Assembly: GCA_013265495.1 (NCBI GenBank)
Contig: MU058531.1
Coordinates: 3,844,911 to 3,908,910 of the forward strand
Length of the DNA stretch: 64,000 bases
Direction: 5' to 3'
From: Vicugna vicugna
Taxonomy: Eukaryota
The translations under genes were made by a program, and so were the position numbers. A model generated the notes under the pieces. The model had not been told where the DNA came from. It worked only from the letters and a program-made list of their open reading frames with translations, and searched no databases. Positions 13,680 to 26,613 of this stretch are shown piece by piece; the first letter of the stretch is position 1; the number at the start of each line of letters is the position of its first letter.

Positions 13680-16270
13680 TTTTTTAGAGCAGTTTTAGGT
13701 TCCCCCATATCCCCCCTGCCTCCACACATGCACAGTCTTCGCCATTATCAGCATCATCTACCAGAGTGGTGCATTTGTTAAAATTGATGCACCTATACTG
13801 ATACATCATTAGCATCCAAAGTTCATTTACATTAGGATTCACACTTGGTGTTGTATATTCTGTGAGTTTGGGCAAGTGTATATCCATCATTGTTGTATCA
13901 TATAGAGTACTTTCACTGATCTAAAATTCACTGTGGTCTGACAGTTTATCCCTCCCTCCCCCAAACTCCTGGCGACCACTGGTCTTTTTACTGTCTCCAT
14001 AGTTTTGCCTTTTCCAGATTATCATACAGTTGGAATACAGTAGATAGTCTTTTCAGATTGGCTTCTTTCATTTAATAATATGCAAATAAGTTTTCTCCAT
14101 GTTTTTTTCATGGCTGATAGCTCATCTCTTTTTAGTGCTGAATAATATTCCATTTTCTGAATGTGTCTCAGTTTTTTAATCCATTAACCTAGTGTAGGAC
14201 ATCTTAGTTGTTTCCAAGTTTTCACAATTATGAATAAAGCTTCTATAAACATCCTTGTGCAGGTTTTTGTGTGGACATGAGTTTTCAGCTCATTTGGGTG
14301 AGTACCAAAGGGTGTGACTGCTAGATCATATGGTAAGAATATGCTTAGTCTTAGAAGAGACTGCCAAACTTTCTTCCAAAGTGGCTGTATCATTTTGCAT
14401 TCCCAAGAATAGTGAATGAAGAGTTCCTGTTACTCCACATCCAGGTTAGCATTTGATGTCAGTGTTCTGGATTTTGGCCATTCTAACAGGTAGTGGTATC
14501 TCATTGTTGTTGTAAATTTGCATTTACCTGATGACATATGATATGGACCATCTTTTAATATGCATATTTGCAATCTGAGTATCTCCTTTTATGAGGTATC
14601 TGTTCACATCTTTTTTCAATTTTTAAATCATGTTGTTTATGTTCTTATTGTCGAATTTTAAAAATTCTTTGTATGTTTTGGATAACAGTCCTTTATCAGA
14701 TATATCTTTCACAAATATTTTCTCCCAGTGTGGCTTGTCTTTTCATTCTCTTGAAAATGTCTTTCTGAGAGCAGAAAATTTTAATTTTAATGAAGTCCAG
14801 CTTATCAGTTCTTTCTTTTGTAAATTGTGCCTTTAGTGTTGGTTTTATATGCACCTGAAAAGTCACCGCCAAGCTCAAGGTCATTTTCTCCTATGTTATT
14901 TTCTAGGAGTTTTATAGTCTTGCATTTTACATTTAGATCTATGACCCATTTTGAGTTAATTTTGTGAAGGATGTAATATTCATCGTTTTTTTTTTTCCGC
15001 TTGTGAATGTCCAGATGTTCCAGCAATGTTCTTTGGAAAATTGTATTGTCTTTTCTCCATTGTATTGCCACTACTCCTTCGTCAAAGATCAGTCAGCTAC
15101 ATTTATGTGGGTCTATTTCTGGGCTCCATACTCTGTTCCACTGATCTGCTTGTTTATTCTTTCATCAGTACTACACTGTTTTGATTGCAATTGCTTTAAA
15201 GTAAGTCTTGAATTTGGATAGTGTGAGTTCTCCAACTTTGTTCTTCTTCAATATTGAATTGGTTATTCTGGGTCTTTTGACTATAAACTTTAGGATAAGT
15301 TTATCCGTATCTGCTTGCTGGGATTTTGGCTGAAGTTGCATTGAATTGGTAGAATAAGCTGGGAAGAGCTGACATTTTGATAATATTAAGTTTCTATCCG
15401 TGAACATGGAATGTCTCCATTTATTTAGTTCTTTGATTTTCTTCATCAGCATCTTGTTGTCTTCTTCATATAGAGCTTGTACATAGTTTGTTAGATTTAT
15501 GACTAAGTATTTCATTTTAGGGATGCTTATGTAAGTGGCATTGTGATTTTAATTTTAAATTCCAATTGTTAATTGCTGACGTATGAAAATGATTCACTTT
15601 GTGTATTAACTTTTTATCTTGTAGTCATGGGATACTTAGTATTTTCAGAAATTTTTTTTCAAATCTTTTGGATTTTCTACATAAATAATGATGTCATTTG
15701 CAAACAAAGACTTTAATTTTTTTTCCCAATCTGTATACGTTTTATTATTCCTTTAGGTAAGACAGTGTGATGTTGACAAGCAGTGGTGAGATGAGATATC
15801 CTTGCCTTATTCTTGATCTCAGTGGGAAAACTTTGAGTTTCTCAATAAATTTGGTTAGCTGTAGTTTTTTTATAGATGTTCTTTATCAAGTTGAGGAAGT
15901 TGCCATCTACTCCTAGTTCTTTGAGAATTTTTATCATGAATGGGTGTTCTGTTTTGTCAGATGCTTTTTTCTGCATCTGTTGATATGATCATGTGATTTT
16001 TCTTCTTTGGCTTGTTGATGTAACAGATTACATTAATTGTTTTTCAGATATTGAACTAGCCTTGTATACATGGGATAAAAATCATTTTATACATTATTGG
16101 AATAGATTTGGTAAAATTTGTTCAGGATTTTTACATGTATGTTCCTGAGAGAGATTGATCTCTAGTTTTCCTGCCTTGTAATGTCTTTGATTTGGTATTC
16201 GAGTAATGCTGGCCTTATAAAATGAGTTAGGGTCAACTGCTGCTGCTACTACCTTCTGAAAGATTGTAGT
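13680..16270 (-). mobile_element. Old LINE-1 (3' half), antisense in intron 7
   Basis: ORF2-like peptides on the minus strand (HTKTCTRMFIEALFII; KINSKWVIDLNVKCKTIKLLENNIGE; KYLVINLT). Confidence 0.9.
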
Positions 16271-16768
16271 GATTTGGTACTTTTCTAATTTAAAAAAATT
16301 TAAACAAAATTTAATTTTATTGTTTTAAGAATACTTAACATTAGGTATGTCCTCAACAAATCTGTTAATGTTCAATACATTAATATTAACTATAGGCATA
16401 GTGTTATATAGCAGATCTTGAGAATTTATCTAGGACTTTATACCTATTGATTAGAAACTCCCCATATCTCCCTCCCCCCTGCTCTTTGCAATCTGTATAG
16501 TTTTTCATAAATGTGTGTACAGTTTGATCAAATGGATTCTCTGCATTCATTTATATGGCATATATTTTGTCCTCTCTGTCTCTGTGTCTGTCTCTTATGT
16601 ATAAGCAGCTGGATTTAGTTAGCTACATTTTATTGGGAACATTTGTATTTATATTCACAAAAGACTGATCTGCAATTATTCTTTGTCAAATTTTTAATCA
16701 GACTTCTGATATCAAGGTAATGTTGGCCTTATAAAATAAGGTGGGTTATTTTCCGTTTTGTGGAGAGT

Positions 16769-16809
16769 TTATATATATACATATATATATATACATATGT
16801 ATATATATA
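16769..16809. repeat. (TA)n/(TACA) microsatellite
   Basis: tatatatatacatatatatatatacatatgtatatatata seen directly. Confidence 0.85.
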
Positions 16810-17329
16810 ATTGCCAGCTTTTCTCTTCTTTTTGTGTTCACTTTGTTCTGTCTTTCCTGTGCCTAATAAGTTTTGGTTAAGCTCAGATATACATAAGATA
16901 AAGAATGCAGTCTCAGATGATGTTTATCTTCTTCCATAAGGTGTTCATCCTTCCTCCACTATGTAGGAAGAATTATTTAACACCTCTTATTTCAGAATTG
17001 GATATTAATGCAGTCAGAAATTGACTATAGATACTAGTATACCTTTCCAAGTTTCTTCCTTCTATGGAATCTAGAAACTCATTTTGTCAGCAGCCTTTTA
17101 ATGCTTTCTAACACTTGGTTTCTGTTTCTATTCAGACTTTCTAGTTGGTATCCTACAGACTACTCCCATCTAAAGCCTGCACATATTACTATTATATAAA
17201 AAATATGATAACTAAAAATTCACTTTAAGGGGAAAAGGGTTATGAGTTTAAGGTTGAAACCACTACTTCTATCTTCTGGGGAAGAGATAATTCTGAATAT
17301 CTGTGTTGTCCCATATGGTAGAAGGTAGA

Positions 17330-18540
17330 GTAATTGTTTTTGGTATGTGTGGAGTCTAATGGTTTTGACCAATATGTAAAATTATGTATGTACCACCACA
17401 ACCAAGGTATAAAACACTTCCATCATCTCAAAAAGTTCCCTTATTCTCCTTTTGCAACTAGTCCACTTCCCCGCATTGTGTCCCTTGGTAATCACTGATC
17501 TGTTTTTGGTCCTGTAGTTTTGCCTTTTCAAGAATATTTCAATATAATGGAATGTGACATAAATGAAATAACTTGCAATCAGTATATACATGCCTTTATC
17601 TCTTTTTTATGTGGCAGAATATGTTTGAGATTCATTTCTGTTACTGCATGAATCATTAGTTTGTTTTATAAAGTGAGTAATCCACCATATGGAGTACTAC
17701 AGATTGTTTATTCATTCACTAATTGATGGCTATTTGGATTGTTTTCAGTTTTGGGATATTTAAATAAAGGTGCTATGAACATTTGCATGCAGGTTTTTGT
17801 GTAGGTATAAATTTTTATTTCTTTTGAGTAAATACCGAGGATAGGGATGGTTGCTTAAGTGTTTAACTTTATTAAAAAACCCCACCAAACTATTTTCTCA
17901 TATGACTGTGACATTTTACATTCCCACTAGTAATATAAGAGAGTTCCAGTGCCCTCTGCCACTTGCCATTCTTAGTGTTTTTAAATTTTAGACACTGTTG
18001 TAGTTGTGTAGTGATATCACATTTTTTTTACTTCTGTTTTCTTAATGAGTAATGATCTCTGGGTTTTTATGTGGTGATTTTATGTGGTGGCCATTCATAT
18101 GTGTTCATTGGTAAAGTGCTCAAATTATATTCTTATTTTTATTGGGTTGTTTGCCTTATTATTTAATTATTGCAGTTCTGTATATATTTTACATGTAGCC
18201 TCTTTATTATATCTTAAGTGTTCCAGATATTTACTCCCAGTATGTGTTTTTTCTTACTTTTTTGTAGTTTCTAGGAATGTCTTTCAAAGAACTGTTTATA
18301 ATTTTGATGGAGTCCAATTTATCAATTATTTCTCTTATGACTTGTGCTTTTGTGTCATATTTCTTTTCCAACACATGCTACCAAATATTTATGCTTTTCT
18401 TTTTCAATTTTTGTATTTAGGTCTATGATCCATTTAAAGTTCATTTTTACTTATGGTGTGAAGTAATGACCATACTTCATTACTTTTCTTTATGGATATC
18501 CACTTGTCCCAGCACCATTTGTTGAAAATACACCTGCTTT
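17330..18540 (-). mobile_element. Old LINE-1 3' portion, antisense in intron 7
   Basis: L1 3'UTR and ORF2-end motifs (gtgctatgaacatttgcatgcaggtttttgtg; gtcccagcaccatttgttgaaa). Confidence 0.8.
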
Positions 18541-19834
18541 TTAAATCTTAAAGTAACATTTTCACTTATTATTTGTTCTAAAATATACAAAGTAGTAATT
18601 TAAAAAACAAAATTAGAGGTCTTAAATGTGATAAACTTAAGGGGTGAAATTTCTTCCCAACTTTGAATGTAAACATTTTAAAATTTAAGTAATTTAAACA
18701 CACTATATATATACTACATGAAATATATATGAAATTGTGTACCTTTTAACTACATGTCTATCTGCATCTGTCTATATAAGATAGCTACCAAATTTAACAC
18801 CTAAATACTTCAGTATATATCTTCTAGGAACATATGAGCAAGGACTTTATCCTACATAACAATAAAAGCGTTCACATGAAAAGAATGATCATCTCTACAG
18901 TAATTTTATCTAATACTTAGCCTATAAATACATTTTCTCAATTATCCTAAAATATCTCTTATAGCTTTTCTTGAGGGTACATCCAGAATCCAATAAAGGA
19001 ACAACTATTTAATTTGATTATCTGTCCCTTTAATCCTCAGTGATCAAGAACAGTTCTTTTTCCTTTATTTATTTTATTTCAATACATTGACAATTTCAGA
19101 GTCCAGGACAATTGTCATGTAAAATGTTCCTCAGTCTGGCTTTGTGTGATTGTTTTCTTGAGATTAGATTCCAGTTCTGTGTTTTTGGCAAAAAGATTAC
19201 ATAGGTAATGTGTATGTCCCACTGCATCACATTTTGGCTGAAGACATATAATGTCAGTTTATTCCATTATTGGTGTTGCTAAGGTACTGTTAAGGAGGTG
19301 TCTGCCATCTCCATTGCTGAGGTTCTGTTTTTCATAAATAATAAATAATAAATCTGTGGTATGGTACTTTAAGACCTTGTGAATATCATGTTTTCCTAAA
19401 TCATTCATACAGCAGTTTTAGCATTAATTGATCATCTTTACCTGAATTGGTGAAAAGTGATAATTTTTCTAATTTTATCATGCCTCTTTGTTTTTTAATC
19501 TAGAATTCATCTATAATGTAGAGTGCTCCCATATTTTTTTCAGGTTATTGTTTTTTTTTAAATATGTACTTTTATTGAAGTGTACTCATTATATCCCAGA
19601 GATAAATACTTAGTATTTAGTATACTTGTTGATATATCTAAGAAGTCATTTTTCTTCTTGGGCAACTTGTCCTTTTCTTCTTTTCTTTTTAACACCTTTA
19701 TTGTGGTATAGTTCCTATACAGTAAACTACACATATTTCAGACAAATGGTTTGATGAATTTTGATAGATATATACACCAATAAAACCACGACCACAATCA
19801 AGATAGCTAACATTTTTATCTCTCTCCAAGAGGT

Positions 19835-22800
19835 GCAATTTTTAAATTCCCAATTTATCCATTCCCGCACCCTTTCCCCACAGGTAACCATAAGTCTGTT
19901 CTCTATATCTGTGAGTCTGTTTCTGTTTTGTAAAAATAATTCATTTGTGTCTTTTTTTTTTTTTTTTTTTAGATTCCACATATAAGCAGTATCACATGGC
20001 ATTTTTCTTTCTCTTTCTGGCTTACTTCACTTAGAATGACGATCTCTGGGTTCATCTTTGTTGCTGTAAATGGCATTATTTTACTCTTTTTTTAATCACT
20101 GAGTAGTATTCCATTATACATATATACCACATCTTCTTTATCCAGTCATCTGTTGGTGGACATTTACGTTGCCTCCATGTCTTGGCTATCGTAAGGAGGG
20201 CTGCTGTGAACATTGGGATGCATGTGTCTTTTCAAATAATAGTTTTCTCTGGATATATGCTCAGGAGTGAGATTGCTGAATCATATGGTTTTTATATTTA
20301 GTTTTTTAAGGAACCTCCATACTTTCCTCCATAGTGGCTCCACCAATTTACATTCCCACCAACATGTGGAAGAATTCCTTTTTCTCCACACCCTTTCCAG
20401 CATTTATTGTTCATAGACTTTTTAATGATGGCCATTCTGGGTGGCATGAAATTGTATCTCGTTGTAGTTTTGATTTGTATTTCTTTAACGATTCGTGATG
20501 TTGAGCATCTTTTCCTGTGCCTGTACACCATCTGTCGGTCTTCGTTGGAGGGATGTCTATTTAGGTCTTCTGCCCTTTTTTTGATTGGGTTGCTTGCTTT
20601 TTGATATTAAACTGTGTGAACTGTTTGTATATTTTAGTAAATGAGTCCCTTGTCAGTCACATCATTTGCAAATATTTTCTTCCTTTCTGTAGGTTGTCTT
20701 TTCATTTTGTTGATGGTATCCTTAGCTGTGCAAAAGCTTTTAAATTTAATTAAGTCCCATTTGTTTCTTTTTGCTTTTATTTCCATTACTCTAGGAGCTG
20801 GTTCAAAAAATATTTTGCTGTGATGTATGTCCAAGAGTGTTCTGCCTATGTTTTCCATCAGGAGTTTTATAGTTTCTGGTCTTATATTTAAACCTTTAAT
20901 ACACTTTGAGTTTATTTTTATATACGGTTGTTAGAGAATGTTCTAGTTTCAGTCTTTTACAGGTTGCTGTCCAGTTTTCTCAGCACCACTTATTGAAGAG
21001 AGTGTCTTTTCTCCATTGTGTATTCTTGCTTTCTTTGTTGTAGATTAACTGACCATAAGTGCGTGGGTTTATTTCTGAACTTTGTATACTGTACCATTGA
21101 TCTAAGTGTCTATTTTTTGTGCCAGTACCATACTGTTTTGATTACTGCAGCTTTGTAGTATAGTCTGAAGTTAGAGAGTGTAATTCCCCCAGCTCTGTTC
21201 TTCTTTTCCAAAATTGTTTTGGCTCTTTGAGTTCTTTTGTGTTTCCATACAAAGTTTAACATTTTTTGTTCCAGCTCTGTGAAAAATGTCATTGGTAATT
21301 TGATAGGGATTGCTTTGAATCTGTATATTATTGCCTTGGTCAGTATGGCCATTTTAACAATATTGATTCTCCCAATCCAAGAATGTCGTATATCTTTCCA
21401 TTTATTTATGTCATCTTCAGTTTCCTTCATCAGTGTCTTACAGTTTGCAGAGTACAGGTCTTTTGCCTCCTTGGGTAGGTTTATTCCTAGATATTTTATT
21501 CTTTTTGGTGCGATGGTAAATGGGATCATTTCCTTAATTGGTTTTCTGCTTTTTTGTTGTTAGTGTATAGAAATGGAACTAATTTCTGTGTATTAATTTT
21601 GTATCCTGCAACTTTACCAAATTTATTGATTAGGTCTAGTAGTTTTCTGGTCGCCGCTTTTGAGTTTTCTATGCATAGTATCATGTCATCTGCAAACAAT
21701 GACAATTTTACTTATTCATTTCCATTTTAGATTCATTTTATTTCTTTTATTCTCTGATTGTTATGGCTAGGACTTCCCAAACTATGTTGAATAAAAGTGG
21801 TGAGAGTGGACATCCTTGTCTTGTTGCTGATCTTAGAGGAAATGCTTTCAGCTTTTCTCCATTAACTATCATGTTAGCTATGGGTTTGTCATATATGGCC
21901 TTTGTTATGTTGATGCATGTTCCGTCTGTGCCCACTTTATGGAGAGTTTTCATCATAAATGGATGTTGAATTTTATTGAAAGCTTTTTCTGATCTATTGG
22001 GACGATCATGTTGTTTTCATTCTTCAATTTGTTAATGTGGTATATAACATCAATTGATTTGCAGATACTGAAAAATCCCTGCATCCCTGGGATAAATCCC
22101 ACTTGATCATGGTGTATGATCTTTCTAATGCACTGTTGCAGTTGGTTTGCTAGTATTTTATTTGAGGATTTTTACATCTATATTCATAAGTTATACTGGC
22201 CTGTAATTTTCTTTTTTTGTGATATCTTTGGTTTCAGTATCAGGGTGATGATGGCCTCATAGAATGTCTTTTTTTGTGATATCTTTGTCTGGCTTCAGAA
22301 TCAGGGTGATGATGGCCTCATAGAATGAGTTTGAAAGTTTTCCTTCCTCTGCAATTTTCTGGAACAGTTTCAGAAGAATAGGTGTTAACTCCTCTCTAAA
22401 TGTTTGGTAGAATTCACCTGTAAAGCCATCTGGTCCTGAACCTTTGCTTATTGGAAGATTTTTAGTTACTGATTCAATTTCAGTACTGGTAATTGGTTTA
22501 TTCATATTGTCTATTCCTGGTTCAGTCTTGGTAAATTGTACCTTTCTAAGAAATTGTCCATTTCTTCTAGGTCGTCCTTTTTGTTGGCGTATAGTTGCTT
22601 ATAATAGCCTCTTATGATCCCTTGTATTTCTGTGGTATCAGTTGTAACTTCTGCTTTTTCATTTCTGAAATGAAATTTTATTAATTTGGGCCCTCTCCCT
22701 TTGATCAACATGAGTCTGATTAAGGGTTTATCAATTTTTTTTATCTTTTCAAAGAAACAGCTTTTAGTTTCATTGATCTTTTCTATTTTTTTTTAGTCTC

Positions 22801-25755
22801 TATTTCATTTATTTCTTCTCTAATCTTTATTATTTCTTTTCTTCTACTAACTTTGAGTTTTGTTTGTTCTTCATTCTCTAGTTGCTTTATGTGTAACATT
22901 AGGTTATTTATTTGAGATTTTTCTTCTTTCCTGAGGTAGGCTGTCTCACTATAAACTTCCCTCTTAGAACTGCATATGCTGCATCCCAGACGTTTTGGAT
23001 CATGTGTGTTTTCATTTTCTTTTGTCCCAGAGTATTTTTTGACTTCCTCTTTGATTTATTCAGTGATCCATTGGTTGTTTAGTAGTGTATTGTTTAGCCT
23101 CCACATGTTTTCAGTTCTTGCAGTTTTTTTCTTATAGTTGATTTCTAACCTCATAGCATTGTGGTTAGAAAAGATGCTTGGTATGGTTTCAATTTTCTTA
23201 AATTTACTGAGGCTTGCTTTGTGGCCAGCATGTGGTCGATTCTGGAGAATGTTCCGTGTGCACTTGAGAAGAATGTGTAGTCTCTTGCTTTTGGATGGAA
23301 TGCACTGTGTTTCACTATTACTGTGTATTGTCCATTTCTCCTCTTATGTCTTAACAATCGCATTATATATTGAGGTGCTCCTATGTTGGATGAATATATG
23401 CTTACAATTGTTGTAGCCTCTTGGATTGATCCCTTGAACATTATGTAGTGTCCTTTGTCTCTTGTAACAGTCTTTATTTAAAAATCTATTTTGTCTGATA
23501 TAAGTATTACTACTCCAGCTTTCTTTTGCTTTCTGTTTGCATGGAATGCCTTTTTCCATTCCCTTACTTTCTGCTTGTGTCTCTAGCTCTGAAGTTGTCC
23601 CTTGTAGACAGCATATCTGTGGGTCTTGTCTTTGTATCCATTTAGCCAGACTATGTCTTTAGGTTGGAACGTTTAATTCATTTACATTTAAGGTAGTTAT
23701 TGATATGTATGTTCTTATTTCTGTCTTATTAATTGTTTTGAATTTGTTTCTGTAGGTCTTTTTTTTTGTCTTCTTTTTCTTTTCTTTTCTTGTGATTTGA
23801 TAACTAGAGAAGTTCCTTTAACATTTGTTGTAAAACCGGTTTGGTGGTGCTGAATTCTTTCAGCTTTTTGTTTATCTGTGAAGCTTTTGATTTCTCCATC
23901 AAATCTGAGCCTTACTGAATAGAGTATTCTTGGTTTAAGTTTCCCCCTCGCATCACTTTAAATATATCCTGCCACTTCCTTCTGGCCTGTAGAGTTTCTG
24001 CTGAAAAATCATCTGATGACCTTATGGGAGTTCCTTTGTATGTTATTTATTGCTTTTCTCTTGCTGATTTAAATATTTTCTCCTTATCCTTAATTTTTGT
24101 CAATTTGATTACTATGTGCCTCAACGTGTTCCTCTTTAGGTTGATTCTGTGTCGAACTCTCTGAGCTTCCTGGACTTGGGTGACTGTTTCCTTTCCCAAT
24201 TTAGGAAAGTTTTTGGTTATTATCTCTTTAAAAATTTTCTCAGATCCTTTCTCTCTTCTTATGGGACCCTTATGATGAGAATATTAGTGTGCTTGATGTT
24301 GTCCCAGACGTCCCTTAAACTATCCTTGTTTCTTTTCATTCTTGTTTCTTTTTTCTCTTCTGCAGAAGTGATTTCCACTAGTCTGTCTTCTAGCTCACAG
24401 ATCTGTTCTTCTCCCTCATTTAGTCTATTCTTGATCCCTTCTAGTGTGTTACTCATTTGAATAATTTTATTATTCAACTCTGTTTGGGTATTCTTTATGT
24501 TTTCCAACATTTTCTAAAAACTTTGCTCTGTGTATCGATACTCCTCTTGAGATCTCTGAACATCTTCACCATCATTACTCTAAACTCTTTCTTGGATTGA
24601 TAGCCTATCTCTTCATCACTTATTTCTACTTCTAGGATTTTATCTTGTCCCTTGGCCTGGAAGATATTCCTCTGCTGCCTCATATCTTCTATCTTTCTGT
24701 TTGTATTTTTAGGTAGATTATTTACATATCTCATCCTTGGAGAAGTAGCCCTCTGTGGGAGATGTCCTATTTGCCCTGGCAGTACACTGCTCTCTTGTCA
24801 CCCAAGGGCCAGAGTCCAGCCAGTCCCAGGGTAGAGTCTGGCCCTTGTTTGTGAATTCTTTTCACAGGCTTTGGGATTGTTGTTTTCTTATTTCTGGTAT
24901 CTGCTCCCTGGTAGGTGAGACTGGATTAGAGGCCTATTATGCAGGCTTCCTGGCAAGAAGAATCTGCCTGCCCATTGCTGGGTAGAAGTTGGTCCTGGTG
25001 TGTAGTGGCATGTCTAGAGGCTCAGGAAGTCTGCTGATGGGTGTGACTGCATTTCCATGTATGTTGTTTGGCCTGAGGCTTCCCAGTCCTTAAACCTGTA
25101 GGCTGTTGGGTGGGGCTAGGTCTTGGTGCTAATTATCCAGTCAACACATTAGCCTCCAGGAAAGCTCATGTCCATGAACACTACCTGAATATCCACCAGC
25201 AGCTTCTAGGTTCCCCAGGTGGCCGCAGCTGTCCCCTACCTCGCTAGAAGACCTTCCAAAGCCAGCAAGTAAGTCTGGCCCAAGTTCTTGTGAAATCACT
25301 GCCTCTGCCCTTGGACCTGGAGCCCGTGACATTCTGTGTACGCTTCCCAAGAGAATGAAGTCTCTGTTTCCCTCAGTCCCATGGGACTTCTGGAGTTAAG
25401 CCCTGATAGACTTCAAAACCAGATGTTCTACGGTGTCCTCCTCCCAGTGCTGGAACCCAGGCTGGGAAGCCTGACGTGGGGCTTAGAAATCTCACTCTGG
25501 TGGGAGGGCCTCTGCAAGTTATTATTATTCAGCTTGTGGGTCACCCACCCGGGGATATGGGGCCCAATTATATTGTGAACATGTCCCTCCTCCTGTCTTG
25601 CTGTGGTTTCCTCTTTGTATTTCCAGTAGTTCTTTTTTCCTAGGTTCCAGTCTGTTTTTTCAATGGTTGTTTACCAGTCAGTTGTGGTTTTGTTGTAGTC
25701 ATGAGGAGAGGTGGGCTTGTGGTCCTACTACTCTGCCATCTTGTCCAGAAATCTC
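19835..25755 (-). mobile_element. Near full-length degenerate LINE-1 (5'UTR, ORF1, ORF2, 3'UTR), antisense in intron 7
   Basis: ORF1-like coiled-coil peptides (24259-24734). ORF2 EN/RT peptides include [28 protein letters not shown] and KYLGINL. The 5' end reads ctctgccatcttg. Many stops and frameshifts. Confidence 0.93.
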
Positions 25756-26472
25756 TCCTTCCCAGGTTTTCTTTTTTATTGTGGTAAAATACACATAACA
25801 TAAAAATTACCAATTTAGCTATTCTAAAGTGTACAATTCAGTGAAGTTTATTACATTCACAATGTGGTGCACCCATAGTTACTATCTAGTTCCATAAGAT
25901 TTTCTAAGTATTTCAAAAGAATATCCTCTACCCATTAAATAGTCCTTGCCCATTCCTCCCTCCCTACAGCCCCTAACAGCTACTAATCTGTTTCTGTGTG
26001 TATGAACTTGCCAGATGTCATTTTTAATCAGATCAGATCGCTATCTTTAAAAGCTCTATAAACATATTCCAAATACATCTGACTTTTCAAGAGTGAGCAA
26101 AGACTTTTCATTTTAAGCTATACTCCACATATACAGTGTATGAAGACTGAAGTTATGAGATAGAGCAAAGGGTGGGACAGACAGCGGTGTCCAAACATTG
26201 TGATAAGTAAGGGGATTCAGAGATCTAGCACCCAAGTAACCAAGTACTCAGTATTCCTGATGCTATTGGAGTCCACTTTAGTAACATCACTGACACTGGT
26301 CTTAAACTCATCCCTGTTACTGCTTGTTGTGTCTGGGCGGAAATGCCACTGCCCTCCTTTGGACTGGGATTTCTCATCTATAGATTGAAAGATCAGATTA
26401 AATGATTTGCAACATTTCTTCCAGCTTCAGGACTTCTTTATAACTTGATTTATCTTCATCTGTTCATTCCGG

Positions 26473-26613
26473 GGCATGACTATATTAACATCGTTGACTT
26501 CTGTGCTACATGATGACAAAGAATTCCCCAACCCAGAGGTGTTTGACCTGCCCACTTCTTGGATGATAGTGGCAGCTTTAAGAAAAGTAACTACTTTATG
26601 GCTTTCTCAGCAG
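26473..26613 (+). pseudogene. CYP2C: Unit 1 exon 8 (141 bp vs 142; acceptor AG>GG, 1-bp deletion)
   Basis: attccgg|GGCATGACT...TCAGCAG|gtaatt. Reads [25 protein letters not shown], then frameshifts (gacctgcc instead of gaccctgcc); the shifted frame gives [20 protein letters not shown]. Confidence 0.92.
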
